64,000 bases of DNA from sequence record NC_048747.1. One strand, given 5' to 3'. Positions 17,765 to 28,668 of this stretch are shown piece by piece. The notes below the pieces were generated by a model, which did not search any database, was not told where the DNA came from, and was given only the letters and a program-made list of their open reading frames with translations. The first letter of the stretch is position 1. The number at the start of each line of letters is the position of its first letter. Made by a program: the position numbers and the translations under genes.

Positions 17765-20700
17765 ATGGCAAGTGAATCAGATTATGATTGGGGAGATGAT
17801 TTCCTTGATGGAGATATGGATTTTGACTTTGATTTTGACGGGAATAAAGATCAAGGATTCTTAAAGTCAGTCTCCAAAGGATTTCTCTCTGCCCTAAAAT
17901 CTAATACCGTCGGAGATACCGACACGAAAATTAAAACATTAAGACGTATCCTTCCTAGTTCTTTTGGTACAACCTTTGACTTCTACCGTGAACTGGATCG
18001 TAAGAAGCAAGAAGCATTTAAAGAGTTTAAAGAGAACAGCGCCGATCTCATGGGAGATCTGGCTTTTCTTTCTGGTTCTTTAAGTGAGTCGTTGCGTGAT
18101 CGTCTACCCAATAAAATCGTTGACGGACTCGAAGAGTTCAGTAAAAAAGATTTTAGTGATTGGGAAAAGACCGGAGAGTTCCGTGAAGAACAACTCCGCA
18201 TGGAAGATGTCGAAGAAGACGCTCAACAGCGTATGTTGGAGGTGTTAGAACAACAAGCTGTGGTGAACGTAGAATCCACGGACGCCATCACTCGAGTAAT
18301 GAGTAGCGTTGGTTCTAAGCAATTGTCGGCAGGGTTACAGAACAACGAACAGTTGTTTGAAGTGAATGCTAACCTACAACGTCTGTACCAATACCAGATG
18401 AAGGTCCATGGTCAGCGTGAGGCAATGAAGCTAAACTTGATGACACGTCAATACTTAACTAATGCTAAGTATTACAAATTCATGGAAGCTTCTCAACACC
18501 GTATTATTAAAGAGATCAAAGACGTTGTTAAAAACACGGCAATGTCTGATTTCGAAAAGACGTCGGTACTGCAAGCCAGTAAAGGTCGTTTACGTGATAA
18601 CATCCTTAAGTCGACGTTCTCTAGAGCAGGTGGTTTTGGTGAAGCGTTAGGGAACATCATCAGTAAAGATGGTATTAACGACTCTTTGTCTATCATGACA
18701 CAATTGGTTGGGGATGTGCGTTTCGCTTCTGAGATGTCTGCTGACGCCGGCGTGACCCCAGGGGAGATCATTGGTTCGATGCTTGGTCAGTTTGTTGTAG
18801 ACCGAGGACCAGAGTTCTTTGAAACAAAAGCAGGTCGTGACTTAATCGCTAAGGTGCGCACCAAGTACCCAGATCAAGCTAAGCTTTTCGACAAGACTCA
18901 AAAAGAATTACGTCAGTTCGGTGATTTGCTTTCTTACTCCACTAAAGCGATGGGATCAGTGATGGGTCGTCATTATCAGGAAACTGGTATGATGGACCAA
19001 CCTCATATGACTTATGAGGAATACTTAGAAGAACTTCCACCTAATGCTAAGCCGATGCCTAAGTTATTATGGCAAGCGGTCCGTAAAGCCACTGGCGCGG
19101 CAGGTAGTGCGTTTAACTTAGTTGGGGAGAACTATCAAGAATCTCAAGGTAGTGTTTACCAGATTAAAGAGAAGTCTCTTAAAGACCTTAAGAACAACTC
19201 GGTTTGGTCAGTTCATGATTCTCGTAGCTTGACTGAAGAAATCCCTGCACTACTTAGTGAAATCCATCACTCTATTGAGAAGATTCGTACAGGTTCAGAT
19301 GACGTGCCAAGATTACGTTACGATTACCGTACTTCAAGGGTGACAACCACTGATCGTTTGAATCAACAAATCCAACGCATGATCACTCCTGAATGGGAGT
19401 TAAACACTTATGCTGACGCAGCCAAGTCAATAGCAGGGGATATTGATAAGGATAAAGAGTTAAGTGAGAGTGCGAGCAACGCATTAGCGCAACGACTCGC
19501 AAGGGAAGCCGATAAAGGGAACGTCTTTAACCCTTACGACTATATCGGTATAGGTACTGATGAATACATGAACGAAGAGCAAGCCGCTGAAATAGAAGCG
19601 CTTGTAAGACGTCGTTTTGGCATTACCGATGAAATGATCGAGCGTACCCAAGACAGTACGTTAGATGGCCTTATGGCTCGTTTAACTGCCCCTACCCCAG
19701 AAGGGCAAGAGCTATTACATCGTTTATCACTTCGTACTGATTCATTAAAGAACTACACACCTAACATCGCTGACAAAATAGACTTGGTCCGTAGCCTTGG
19801 TTTAGATGAAGGATTAAAAGCATCTGGGTTTATTAGTGTTGACCCTGACTCTAATAAAGAGATCGTTAATCAGGAATTGATTTGGAAACAACTCAATAAC
19901 CGCATCAACGGTAATCCGATTAATGAAGACTTAGGTATTGGTAGTGATGAACCTTATCCTACTAAAGATGATCTATATCAGATATTTCATAAAAGAAATA
20001 ATAAGTCATCTCCTAATCTATCTAACTTATCTATTCCTTCCCCCCTCCCTTTGCAGGAAGAAGTTAGTGGTGCTCTCAGCAATATCATCGACACCTTAGT
20101 TAAAATTCAAGACAACACCAAAACCCTCCCAGCGATTGGAGTTAATGCGGACCCTATGAAAGCATTAACCATGGACCCGCTGTTAGACTTGGTGAAAGGC
20201 ACTAACACCACCTTAGCTGAAATCAGTCAGTCTCAGTTGGAACAGATCTCTTTGTTGAAGAAACTGAAGTCAGTGTCTACGGTAGGGATCGATGAAGGCC
20301 AAGCGTCCAATGAGATCACCGACCAACAGCGTATTGAAGAACGAGAGAAACAATCGTTATTAGAACGTTTACGCGCCCTCGTTCCTGCTGATGTATTTAA
20401 CCAAGGTGTGGAGGCGTTAATCGCTAACAAACCGATGGTGTTGGGTGGTTTATTGGGTGGTCTCGGCGTTACTGCGATGAGTAACCCTAAAGCAGCCGCT
20501 TTACTGGCAGGTGGTGCAGCGGTAGCTACCGCTTACGGTCAGTTAAGTAAGCTAGGTGGTTCAGGTTCCACCCCTGCTGAAGATGAAGACCTTTACGATG
20601 AAGACGGTAATGAAGTCTTATACGCAGCTAAGAAAAACGCAGGTGACTACTACGACCAAGCTTCCCGTAAAGTAATCAAGTCTTGGGGTGATATCAAAGG

Positions 20701-23700
20701 TACAGTCATAGACGTCTCTCAAGGGGCTTCTGAGATCGCTGCCAGCGGTAAACGCCTTGCAGGTCGACTATTCGGTCCTGACGGCAGAGAGATCATCCTA
20801 GACGGTTTACATCGATTCAAGTCATTCGTTAGTAAAACGTTCCAAGCAATCGACCCAGTAGGTAAAGCTAAGTCCTTAATCGACAAAGCTAAAACTGGAT
20901 TGGACCAAATGGACGTTTACATGAAAGGAGACCCAGATCCCGTTCTCACCAGCCGTGGGTTCAAGAACGGTTGGTACTTTGACGAGGAAGGGAATGAGAT
21001 CCTTGGTTGGCGAGATATCTTAGGCCCAGTTTATGACCAAGAAGGGAATTTGCTGGTTTCTGTGGAAGACCTTAACAGCCTCCAAACCATCGGTGGAGTT
21101 TCACTGGGTAAAGCCAGAGATGCCACAGGTACGTTTGGTAAGATGGTGAGTAAAGGTGCGAAGTGGTTACAAGAAAACGGTCGCGAACGTTTAGGGTCAG
21201 CCATCTTAGGTTCTGAACACGTTATCGAACGTGCGGGCAATATAGGTGGTGATCGTTACGAACCTATCACCCATCGCTTGGATTCTATCTACGGACTCAT
21301 AGCCGGACATTGGGGTCACGACACCAAGATGCCGGGCATGGAGAAAGTCAGTCCTAAGGTGAAGTCATTCATTGACGACTTAGGAGCTGGAGATCATGAA
21401 GACGAGAAGCCAACTGAAGGTATTCGTTTGAATTCTCTTGCTGACAAAATCCGTCGTAAGAAAGAAGCTAAGCAAGCACAGTTCCAAGATTCTGTTATTG
21501 ATATTGCCGAGAGTCTTAACCCGGATGATAAAGACGGTAAGAAGAAACAAGACGGTGGCATCTTAGGCAGACTCCTTGGGATGGCCGGCGGTGGTATCTT
21601 TGCTCTGATGAAGAAATTCTTCACACTAGGTATCGGTGGTTTTGCTAACTTAATGAAACTGAACGGAACGATCACTAAAGGGTTGTTCAGCTTAGGTAAA
21701 TTGTTAAGCGGTGCGCTACTGGGTCGTAGAGCAAAAGATGCAGCCCTGGATGGTTTAGGTGGTGTCGACGGTGATGATCGTCGTGGTAAACGTGGTAAAC
21801 GAGGCAGATTCGGTCGCTTTTCTAAACTTGGTCGTATGAGTAACATGACGAAGTTCGGATTAGGCGGCGCGCTGATGCTTGGTGGAGACATGGCTATCGA
21901 CGCGGCTAGGGACGGACTTGATGTAGAGGAAGGTTCTACTACAGACAAACTCTTGGACTACGGTTCTGTGGGTCTAGAAGCGGCCGGTTGGTTAGCAACG
22001 GGTTCAGCGGTCGCAGGTATGGCGGGGACATCGTTAGGAGGTATTGCAGCGGCTTCTGCACCATTCTTGTTAAACCCAATTACATTGGGGGTAGCAGGTG
22101 TCGGTCTAGCAGGTTACGCCGCATACAAGTTCTTCAGTTCCGACGACCTTACCATTCAACAAAAGCTTCGTATGGCACAGTACGGTATTGACGACCAAGA
22201 TGAAGAACTGATTAACGACGTATTACGTCTTGAGACGCAATTACAGGATTACATTCAGTTATCTGGTAGTAATGCTGGTTTCTCTAGAGAAACGCCGTTA
22301 GAACGCTTTATATCGCCATTCTTGAATAACCGCAGGACGCAACAAGGTCAACAAGATACACTGCAATGGTTCAGCCTTCGTTTCAAACCTGTGTATTTGT
22401 CTTACTACGCTCAATTCCAAAAACTGGACATTAATAAGTTTGAGGATTACGATAAGCTTAAGAACAACACTGTTCCGCTGATCGCTAAGCAAACACATGA
22501 CGAGGCAGGGATGATGAACCCATCTCCTTACCGCATCCAACTATGGATTAGTCGTGACACGTATGCATTGAGTGCGGAAGAAACCAAAGCACAAGTTGCT
22601 CGTTACTTAAGCGAGATGAAGGAAGAGTACGACACCGTCAATCTTAACTCCAAGAAACTGTCAGAAGACCTCTCCATCGATACCGTGAACTCTAAGATCA
22701 AGAAAGTAGAGAAAGCGGGAATGTTGGAAAGTGCTTGGATGCGATTGACTGGAGATCACAACGACGAAGAGAAACAGAAGAAGCTGGATACTTGGTTTAA
22801 ACAACCAGAAGTAATTAAGGGGATTGACATCTCTGACATGCTTCCTGGGGATAAACCAGTTGAGGTTATCACGGCTTTCCGTTTAGCCGCTTACGGTAAC
22901 GAAGATAACATGCCTTGGCGTGTGGAAGCGGTACTTAAGTTAGAGCGTTGGATGGAACGTTACACTTCTTACTCTAATAGTCGTTCTGAATTCACCGGTA
23001 CAGTAGAGGAATTCTGGGCTACCTTCAGTACAGCATTCCGAGTCACCTCTAGAAAAGGACGTGAGCTAGCGATTCGTTGGTTCCAGTACCGATTCTTACC
23101 AGTGTGGTTGGCATGGCACCAGGTGTGTCGTAACCAACGTGGTGGTGACCCGTCTAAAGTGTGGCGTACGTTGTCAGCAACGGCGCAGTTCCGTTTTGCT
23201 CAGCAAGTTGTGGAACTTAAAGTCTTTGTTGACGAACGCGTGAAGGGATTGTTTAGTGTAGATGAAGCACCGTTTGAAGGTGAACGTTCCGAGGGAATGA
23301 CCACTCGTATTAAACGCATGCTCCAAGCACTGGAAGTCAAAGCCAACCAAGCTAGACTGAAAGACCCTGAACTAGAGCAAAGCCGTACCGTAAAGGCTCC
23401 AGATCGTACCGACCAATCGGTGTACCGTTTGCCGGACAACTTGGAAATCAATAAACCTAAGAATGCTCCAGACATTTCAAACCAGTTCGGTCGTAGACAA
23501 CCGGGTCCTGTTCCTGAAATGACTAGTGACCTAAGTAAGGTGAAAGTCGACGTTAATCGAGACATCGAAACTGACGTTAAACTTAAGCCAGGTGATGACA
23601 AAGGTGTGTCCTTAAATAAAGACCAGATCACAAAAGTTCTTATTCGTGAGATGGTTAAGAAAGGTTACGATGATCCAAGACAGATTGCCGAGATGTTGGC

Positions 23701-24745
23701 ACTCACTGACTACGAAACTGGTGGCTACCGTAATACCGCAGAAAACATGTGTTACACAAACGCAGCACGAGCCCGTAACATCTTCCGTAAACTGAAGCAG
23801 TTCAACATTCCACAGATCCAAGAGATCATCCGAAAAGGCCCTGTTGCCTTCGCCAATGCCGTCTATAACGGGTGGTTAGGTAATACGGACTCCCCTAACG
23901 ATGGTTGGTTGTATCGTGGTCGTGGGTTGGTGCAGCTAACAGGTAAGGATAACTACGAGCGTGCAGCCAGTGACTTGGGTATCGACATTGTCAATAACCC
24001 TCGTATGGTTTCTGAGGACCCTGAGACCATGGCTAAGACTGCCATCTGGTTCTTTGAAAACTCACCACAAATGCAGTCCATCAAAGAACACGGTGACTTC
24101 AGCTTTGCAGCTCGTGGGTTAAACGGCGGTAAAGCGTTGCCGGGAATGGGTAAACGTGAACGTCTCTACAACGACTACTTGAGCAATTTGTTGAACGGTG
24201 AACTCACTAAAGACTTAATGCCAAGTGAGGAACTGGAAGGTGAAGACACTCCAAACACACCTGAAGGTAAAGTGGACCGTGTCCCAGAACACGTTCGTCG
24301 TAAGTTAGAAGGCAAACGTTCTAAGTTAGCGAGTAATGTCCCTACGGAAATGTTAAAGAAAGAAGAGCAAGCGTTAACATCAGCTAAGCCTACTACCCCA
24401 CCGTCTCTTGCAGACAACACGGCAGCAGCAACTAGTGCAGTTAAGCAAACTCGCAATCCTTCTTTATACAGTAACAAACCGATTCCTGATCTAAGTAAAA
24501 CGCCAGCTCCTGCTAAACCTCAGGCCGATGAGTACAACATTGCTAAGCAAGCGATTGAAGCTCAAGTTCGATCTAAGGTGAAAGAGGTTCCTCAAGAACC
24601 ACTTAAAGTAGAAGCAGCGATGAAGCCAGAGACGGAAGCAGCGTTGACCTCACAAACTCAAATCCTACAAGGTATCTTGAACGCCATCAATGCCAGCAAT
24701 GACATTGCAGCACGTAAGCGTCAAGATTCAGTAGCTTTGAACTAA
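17765..24745 (+). CDS. Tail tape-measure-like / tail-associated lysin (phiKZ gp181-like) with C-terminal GH19 domain
   Basis: 2326 aa, divergent from beta' as in phiKZ; acidic N-terminus; Gly/Ala-rich hydrophobic segments; YRGRGLVQLTGKDNY GH19 motif near 23912. Confidence 0.8.
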   Translation: MASESDYDWGDDFLDGDMDFDFDFDGNKDQGFLKSVSKGFLSALKSNTVGDTDTKIKTLRRILPSSFGTTFDFYRELDRKKQEAFKEFKENSADLMGDLAFLSGSLSESLRDRLPNKIVDGLEEFSKKDFSDWEKTGEFREEQLRMEDVEEDAQQRMLEVLEQQAVVNVESTDAITRVMSSVGSKQLSAGLQNNEQLFEVNANLQRLYQYQMKVHGQREAMKLNLMTRQYLTNAKYYKFMEASQHRIIKEIKDVVKNTAMSDFEKTSVLQASKGRLRDNILKSTFSRAGGFGEALGNIISKDGINDSLSIMTQLVGDVRFASEMSADAGVTPGEIIGSMLGQFVVDRGPEFFETKAGRDLIAKVRTKYPDQAKLFDKTQKELRQFGDLLSYSTKAMGSVMGRHYQETGMMDQPHMTYEEYLEELPPNAKPMPKLLWQAVRKATGAAGSAFNLVGENYQESQGSVYQIKEKSLKDLKNNSVWSVHDSRSLTEEIPALLSEIHHSIEKIRTGSDDVPRLRYDYRTSRVTTTDRLNQQIQRMITPEWELNTYADAAKSIAGDIDKDKELSESASNALAQRLAREADKGNVFNPYDYIGIGTDEYMNEEQAAEIEALVRRRFGITDEMIERTQDSTLDGLMARLTAPTPEGQELLHRLSLRTDSLKNYTPNIADKIDLVRSLGLDEGLKASGFISVDPDSNKEIVNQELIWKQLNNRINGNPINEDLGIGSDEPYPTKDDLYQIFHKRNNKSSPNLSNLSIPSPLPLQEEVSGALSNIIDTLVKIQDNTKTLPAIGVNADPMKALTMDPLLDLVKGTNTTLAEISQSQLEQISLLKKLKSVSTVGIDEGQASNEITDQQRIEEREKQSLLERLRALVPADVFNQGVEALIANKPMVLGGLLGGLGVTAMSNPKAAALLAGGAAVATAYGQLSKLGGSGSTPAEDEDLYDEDGNEVLYAAKKNAGDYYDQASRKVIKSWGDIKGTVIDVSQGASEIAASGKRLAGRLFGPDGREIILDGLHRFKSFVSKTFQAIDPVGKAKSLIDKAKTGLDQMDVYMKGDPDPVLTSRGFKNGWYFDEEGNEILGWRDILGPVYDQEGNLLVSVEDLNSLQTIGGVSLGKARDATGTFGKMVSKGAKWLQENGRERLGSAILGSEHVIERAGNIGGDRYEPITHRLDSIYGLIAGHWGHDTKMPGMEKVSPKVKSFIDDLGAGDHEDEKPTEGIRLNSLADKIRRKKEAKQAQFQDSVIDIAESLNPDDKDGKKKQDGGILGRLLGMAGGGIFALMKKFFTLGIGGFANLMKLNGTITKGLFSLGKLLSGALLGRRAKDAALDGLGGVDGDDRRGKRGKRGRFGRFSKLGRMSNMTKFGLGGALMLGGDMAIDAARDGLDVEEGSTTDKLLDYGSVGLEAAGWLATGSAVAGMAGTSLGGIAAASAPFLLNPITLGVAGVGLAGYAAYKFFSSDDLTIQQKLRMAQYGIDDQDEELINDVLRLETQLQDYIQLSGSNAGFSRETPLERFISPFLNNRRTQQGQQDTLQWFSLRFKPVYLSYYAQFQKLDINKFEDYDKLKNNTVPLIAKQTHDEAGMMNPSPYRIQLWISRDTYALSAEETKAQVARYLSEMKEEYDTVNLNSKKLSEDLSIDTVNSKIKKVEKAGMLESAWMRLTGDHNDEEKQKKLDTWFKQPEVIKGIDISDMLPGDKPVEVITAFRLAAYGNEDNMPWRVEAVLKLERWMERYTSYSNSRSEFTGTVEEFWATFSTAFRVTSRKGRELAIRWFQYRFLPVWLAWHQVCRNQRGGDPSKVWRTLSATAQFRFAQQVVELKVFVDERVKGLFSVDEAPFEGERSEGMTTRIKRMLQALEVKANQARLKDPELEQSRTVKAPDRTDQSVYRLPDNLEINKPKNAPDISNQFGRRQPGPVPEMTSDLSKVKVDVNRDIETDVKLKPGDDKGVSLNKDQITKVLIREMVKKGYDDPRQIAEMLALTDYETGGYRNTAENMCYTNAARARNIFRKLKQFNIPQIQEIIRKGPVAFANAVYNGWLGNTDSPNDGWLYRGRGLVQLTGKDNYERAASDLGIDIVNNPRMVSEDPETMAKTAIWFFENSPQMQSIKEHGDFSFAARGLNGGKALPGMGKRERLYNDYLSNLLNGELTKDLMPSEELEGEDTPNTPEGKVDRVPEHVRRKLEGKRSKLASNVPTEMLKKEEQALTSAKPTTPPSLADNTAAATSAVKQTRNPSLYSNKPIPDLSKTPAPAKPQADEYNIAKQAIEAQVRSKVKEVPQEPLKVEAAMKPETEAALTSQTQILQGILNAINASNDIAARKRQDSVALN

Positions 24746-24748
24746 CCT

Positions 24749-24776
24749 GAGGGGATTCGTCCCCTCTATCTTTTTA
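24749..24776 (+). terminator. Intrinsic terminator
   Basis: GAGGGGA-TTCG-TCCCCTC then TATCTTTTT. Confidence 0.6.
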
Positions 24777-24793
24777 TTCAAGGAGACTCAAGC

Positions 24794-26971
24794 ATGAGTG
24801 TTACAGTCACGGACCGCGACCTCATTAAGAAGTCGTTCCGACTGATGGCGGCGGGTGTTGAAAACGTCACCGTCCGAGACCACCTCAACAAAGATTTGTA
24901 TTACAACTTCTTTTCTTCCGCTCCGGGGGACAACCGATACATAAACCCCTTACCTCAGTTTTCTCCAGCCACTGATCCTCGATTCACCCAGTTCATGGAG
25001 TCTAAGGAAGGCGGGATGGGTACTCAGTATAAGCGCGTCTTTGATGAGCACGCTTCCCTAGTTACTATCACGCCAGGCGTTGCCGAGTTTACTGGATTAT
25101 TAACGTTCATCACGAACATGTTTGATCCAGTCGCAGCAGTAATGGCAAACAAAGGTCGTACACCCGGGTTTATGTTCTACGTAGGTCAAGCAGTTGGTAC
25201 TATCGCCTTTGCACCTATCCAGTTGGTTTCCATTGGTATGCAGTTTTTGTACTGGTTAACCAACACACCTAAGAACCAGTTTTATTACGTTAAGCCTGCG
25301 GTTGGTTTATACATGCAGTCTGCTAACAACGTATTGAACGACATCATGGTTGCATTAGGTGCGATTAAACCAGTACTCCCTATGAAGTACGATGACGTGT
25401 CTCCAGTTAATGGTATTGATCCTTCTTACAAAACCGAATACCAAGAAGAAGTTGCAAGACTTTCTAAAACCTTCGGTGATGTGGTAAATGAAGACGGCAC
25501 CATTGACTTAGCACGGATGATGACTCGCGGGGTAAGAAAGTTCCGTCACTTTGTTAAAGAAATAAAGAAACTGGACGATGCTGCGATCAACTCACCAAAT
25601 GAGAAGCTGGATGCCATCGAACAAAAGATGAAGGACTTCCGACCTGGGGATGGTGGGACTTACGACACCACCTTACAACAATTCCTGGATAAGGAATTAA
25701 ACACGGTTGGTAAGATTCGTGGTGACGGTAGTGATGAACCCCATACTCCGGAAAAACACTCAGCTTATCTGGATAAGGATGCTTACGAGAACGCAAGACC
25801 TACCCCGAGTAATTCGTACAGCTCTGGTGGTGGAGGTACACTACCTGGCTTATACGGCAACGAAAATAACCAAGGTGGGGCGGCTCCTTCCTCTAATAAC
25901 TCGGTAAGTGGTCAAGCCCCTGCACACCCAGGTGATTCAAATCGTCCTCCGTCTACCGGTACGACGCCTAACATTTATCAAGGGTTTGAACAACAGGCGA
26001 CCTACGAGGACAATACTCAAGACCGTAGCTGGATGGGCGATGTAGTCGACCTATTAGAGACCTCTCTTTATGGCGGCTTTGATGCGATCACTTTCCGTCA
26101 CGATCACCAAGGTGCGGTGTCAGATAGCATCACCAACACCACTACTCAATCACCGATGGCATCTAAGTTCAACTCTGCCGTGAAATCAGTGAACGATTTC
26201 CGTTTCGATATGGCGGATGCTCAAACAGGTATTGCACCAATTGATGGTGTGATGAACATGGCTCGTGACGCCATTGCCGGTGTAGCAAGTTCGGCAGCTA
26301 TCGTTAACATCCCACTAGCATTAACGAACAACGCTCACATCAACATACCAGAACACTGGAGTGAGTCTTCAGCCAACCTTCACCGAGAAACATATAAGTT
26401 TGAATTCAAATCGACTTACGCTTCTATGTACTCACAGATCACAACAATGTGGGCTCCGTTCGCTATGTTGTTACCTTTGATCTTCCCTAACTCAGCGGGT
26501 GCGTCTGCTCAAACGTCTCCTTTCTTGTGTAAGGTATTTTCTAAAGGTCGTCAAGTCATTCGTACAGGGATGGTTGAGTCAGCTACGATTCGTTTTGGTG
26601 ACGGTGTTGGTGGTTGGACTAAGGACCGCAAGTGTTTGAACATTACCGTCGAATTAACTTTCGTCGATATGGAGAAATACATCAGTCTTCCGATCTCTCG
26701 TACCTCTGGGTTGCTGAACTCCCTAACTAACCCTGCGGCAGCGGTATCTCGTATGCTGACTGACGTTGGTCCGTACAACTCTTACTTGACACGTATTACC
26801 GGTACAGACTACCTAGATACCTTACTCCGATGGAGTCAGTTATCCAGACGTCTAACCACACAAGTTACATCTTGGAAACAAAGTGTGGCTCCGGGTAATA
26901 TTGCAGGTATGGTAGCGGACTCTGTGGTCGGGGATATCTCGAAAGTATTTGTCAGACCTTTAGCTCGATAA
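24794..26971 (+). CDS. Virion structural protein, probably tail/baseplate (phiKZ gp182-like)
   Basis: Follows the tape-measure gene; N-terminal GG...INPLPQF..ATDPR pattern recalled from this family; central G/S/N/P low-complexity insert. Confidence 0.6.
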   Translation: MSVTVTDRDLIKKSFRLMAAGVENVTVRDHLNKDLYYNFFSSAPGDNRYINPLPQFSPATDPRFTQFMESKEGGMGTQYKRVFDEHASLVTITPGVAEFTGLLTFITNMFDPVAAVMANKGRTPGFMFYVGQAVGTIAFAPIQLVSIGMQFLYWLTNTPKNQFYYVKPAVGLYMQSANNVLNDIMVALGAIKPVLPMKYDDVSPVNGIDPSYKTEYQEEVARLSKTFGDVVNEDGTIDLARMMTRGVRKFRHFVKEIKKLDDAAINSPNEKLDAIEQKMKDFRPGDGGTYDTTLQQFLDKELNTVGKIRGDGSDEPHTPEKHSAYLDKDAYENARPTPSNSYSSGGGGTLPGLYGNENNQGGAAPSSNNSVSGQAPAHPGDSNRPPSTGTTPNIYQGFEQQATYEDNTQDRSWMGDVVDLLETSLYGGFDAITFRHDHQGAVSDSITNTTTQSPMASKFNSAVKSVNDFRFDMADAQTGIAPIDGVMNMARDAIAGVASSAAIVNIPLALTNNAHINIPEHWSESSANLHRETYKFEFKSTYASMYSQITTMWAPFAMLLPLIFPNSAGASAQTSPFLCKVFSKGRQVIRTGMVESATIRFGDGVGGWTKDRKCLNITVELTFVDMEKYISLPISRTSGLLNSLTNPAAAVSRMLTDVGPYNSYLTRITGTDYLDTLLRWSQLSRRLTTQVTSWKQSVAPGNIAGMVADSVVGDISKVFVRPLAR

Positions 26972-27019
26972 AAAAAATAAGCAAATATAACTCCTACTCC
27001 CGTTGGGAGTAGGAGTTAT
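26970..27019 (-). terminator. CTCCTACTCC-family hairpin terminator at a convergent junction
   Basis: Perfect 15-bp stem ATAACTCCTACTCCC-gtt-GGGAGTAGGAGTTAT; TTATTTTTTT 6 nt downstream on the minus strand. Confidence 0.7.
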
Positions 27020-27021
27020 TA

Positions 27022-28158
27022 TTATAAAGTAATACGTGGGGTGTCTGGGAAATGTTCAAAGAACACTTCAGCAGCAGGGAACTCAGTGAATGTGTGTTGC
27101 AGTGAAACCAGAACACCCAAGTCTTCATTTAAAGAAAGTAAGGTGACAGCGTCTGCGCTACAATTAGATCCAATAAGTACGTTATAAGCTTCACCATGCT
27201 CAGTATTAACTTTGTACCAACTTGGACCATAGATGTCTACTAACGTTTGACTCAGTTTGTCTGAGAGTGCTTGATGTTCATGCAAGTAAACTTTTTTGTC
27301 TATGTAGCAGTTGCCTAGAAAGTCCTTAGGTAAACTCGGGTAGTTGCGTTTCACCAATGGGTAATTGCTTTCCCCTAGGATGTTCAGCATCTCCACTAAG
27401 CTATTGAAGTCCCCATTACGGATGACGTATTCAATCGCATTAACCATCATGTCCCGAGCTTTACTCTTAGGTTTGATTTTCTCATAGATGGGACGATAGG
27501 CTTCAACCATCCCGGATTGTGCAGCGGAGTAAAGCTGTGTCGCATCAAACGAGTCTTCTAAAGCAGAGTCTTTAACTTCTTCATAGAGGTCGTATCCGCG
27601 CATTGCCAAGGAATAGATTAATCCCTCAGTTGTACCGTCTCGCCAACCATCTTTAAAACTTAACTCATTACCGTTCTTGTCTAAGAGTGCACCGCCGTCA
27701 GGGTCAGTCAGTTGAACGAACCGCTTAAAGAGTTCGTCGCCCGCTTCACCCTTAAAGGCTTCAGTGTCTCCCAGGGTATAACCTAACGTGTCTGAGAGTT
27801 CACTCATCACGTAATCTTTGTTCAGTCCCAACGACCCTTCTTCTACTTTAGCTAACTGTTCTAAGTCATCTAAGGTAAAGTTGGAAGTTTTCTGTTGGTA
27901 ACTGTCACTGATATGACCTAATGTATCAGATTTAAAACTGTTAAGGGTTTTATCTAAAGCACCGTTCTCAGGCTTTACGGTCTCCACACCCTTGTTGTTA
28001 TCTTTGGAACTCGAGTCGATCGGATTCGTGGCTTTCTTACGAATCGACGAAACATCCCCTTGGATTTCACTTGACTTCTTACTGACTGGGTCGGTAGAGG
28101 ATAAGCCTTCAAAAGGATCGAAAGAGTCGAGTATGTTACTAAATTCACTCATCGTCAC
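27022..28158 (-). CDS. Putative virion structural protein
   Basis: 378-aa ORF; inferred from position in the conserved structural block. Confidence 0.45.
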   Translation of the reverse strand: MTMSEFSNILDSFDPFEGLSSTDPVSKKSSEIQGDVSSIRKKATNPIDSSSKDNNKGVETVKPENGALDKTLNSFKSDTLGHISDSYQQKTSNFTLDDLEQLAKVEEGSLGLNKDYVMSELSDTLGYTLGDTEAFKGEAGDELFKRFVQLTDPDGGALLDKNGNELSFKDGWRDGTTEGLIYSLAMRGYDLYEEVKDSALEDSFDATQLYSAAQSGMVEAYRPIYEKIKPKSKARDMMVNAIEYVIRNGDFNSLVEMLNILGESNYPLVKRNYPSLPKDFLGNCYIDKKVYLHEHQALSDKLSQTLVDIYGPSWYKVNTEHGEAYNVLIGSNCSADAVTLLSLNEDLGVLVSLQHTFTEFPAAEVFFEHFPDTPRITL

Positions 28159-28251
28159 ACACCGTTACAAAAAAATAAGGAACATAAAATTCGTGGACGA
28201 CCCCGTAAGGGACCGCCCACGTTCTTTCATTACGTAATGATCGAGTCCGTG

Positions 28252-28668
28252 TTATTTCGTGTTTCTGGCGTTGTGCACACGTCCAGTTTCGGAAACTTCC
28301 ACGGTTTTCCCATCCTCCATTTCAACTTTTAGAGTCAGGGTGTATTTCTTGACCTGTAGAATACTTAGGCCAGTTAAAAGTTTAGGAAATGTCATAGTGT
28401 CATTCTTAAAGAAAGCCGCTCGAATATTCCCCATGAGGGTATTGCGTTCCGACTTAGCCTTCGCAGGGTCATCCGTCGTCACTTCCCACTTAATGTACTC
28501 TTGTAAAAGCAACACTAATTGGGAGACGTTCAATCCTTGCGATTCTAGTTTTCGCAATAAAGCTCTAAATAAGCGTGCCGGTGGATCTTTTAAATCCCGG
28601 TCCTCCGTATAGTTTTTAGTGACGACGCCTAAGTCTAACTTATCTTTGTGGTTGGTTGGTTTGCTCAA
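28252..28668 (-). CDS. Hypothetical protein
   Basis: 138-aa ORF with GAGG RBS. Confidence 0.6.
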   Translation of the reverse strand: MSKPTNHKDKLDLGVVTKNYTEDRDLKDPPARLFRALLRKLESQGLNVSQLVLLLQEYIKWEVTTDDPAKAKSERNTLMGNIRAAFFKNDTMTFPKLLTGLSILQVKKYTLTLKVEMEDGKTVEVSETGRVHNARNTK

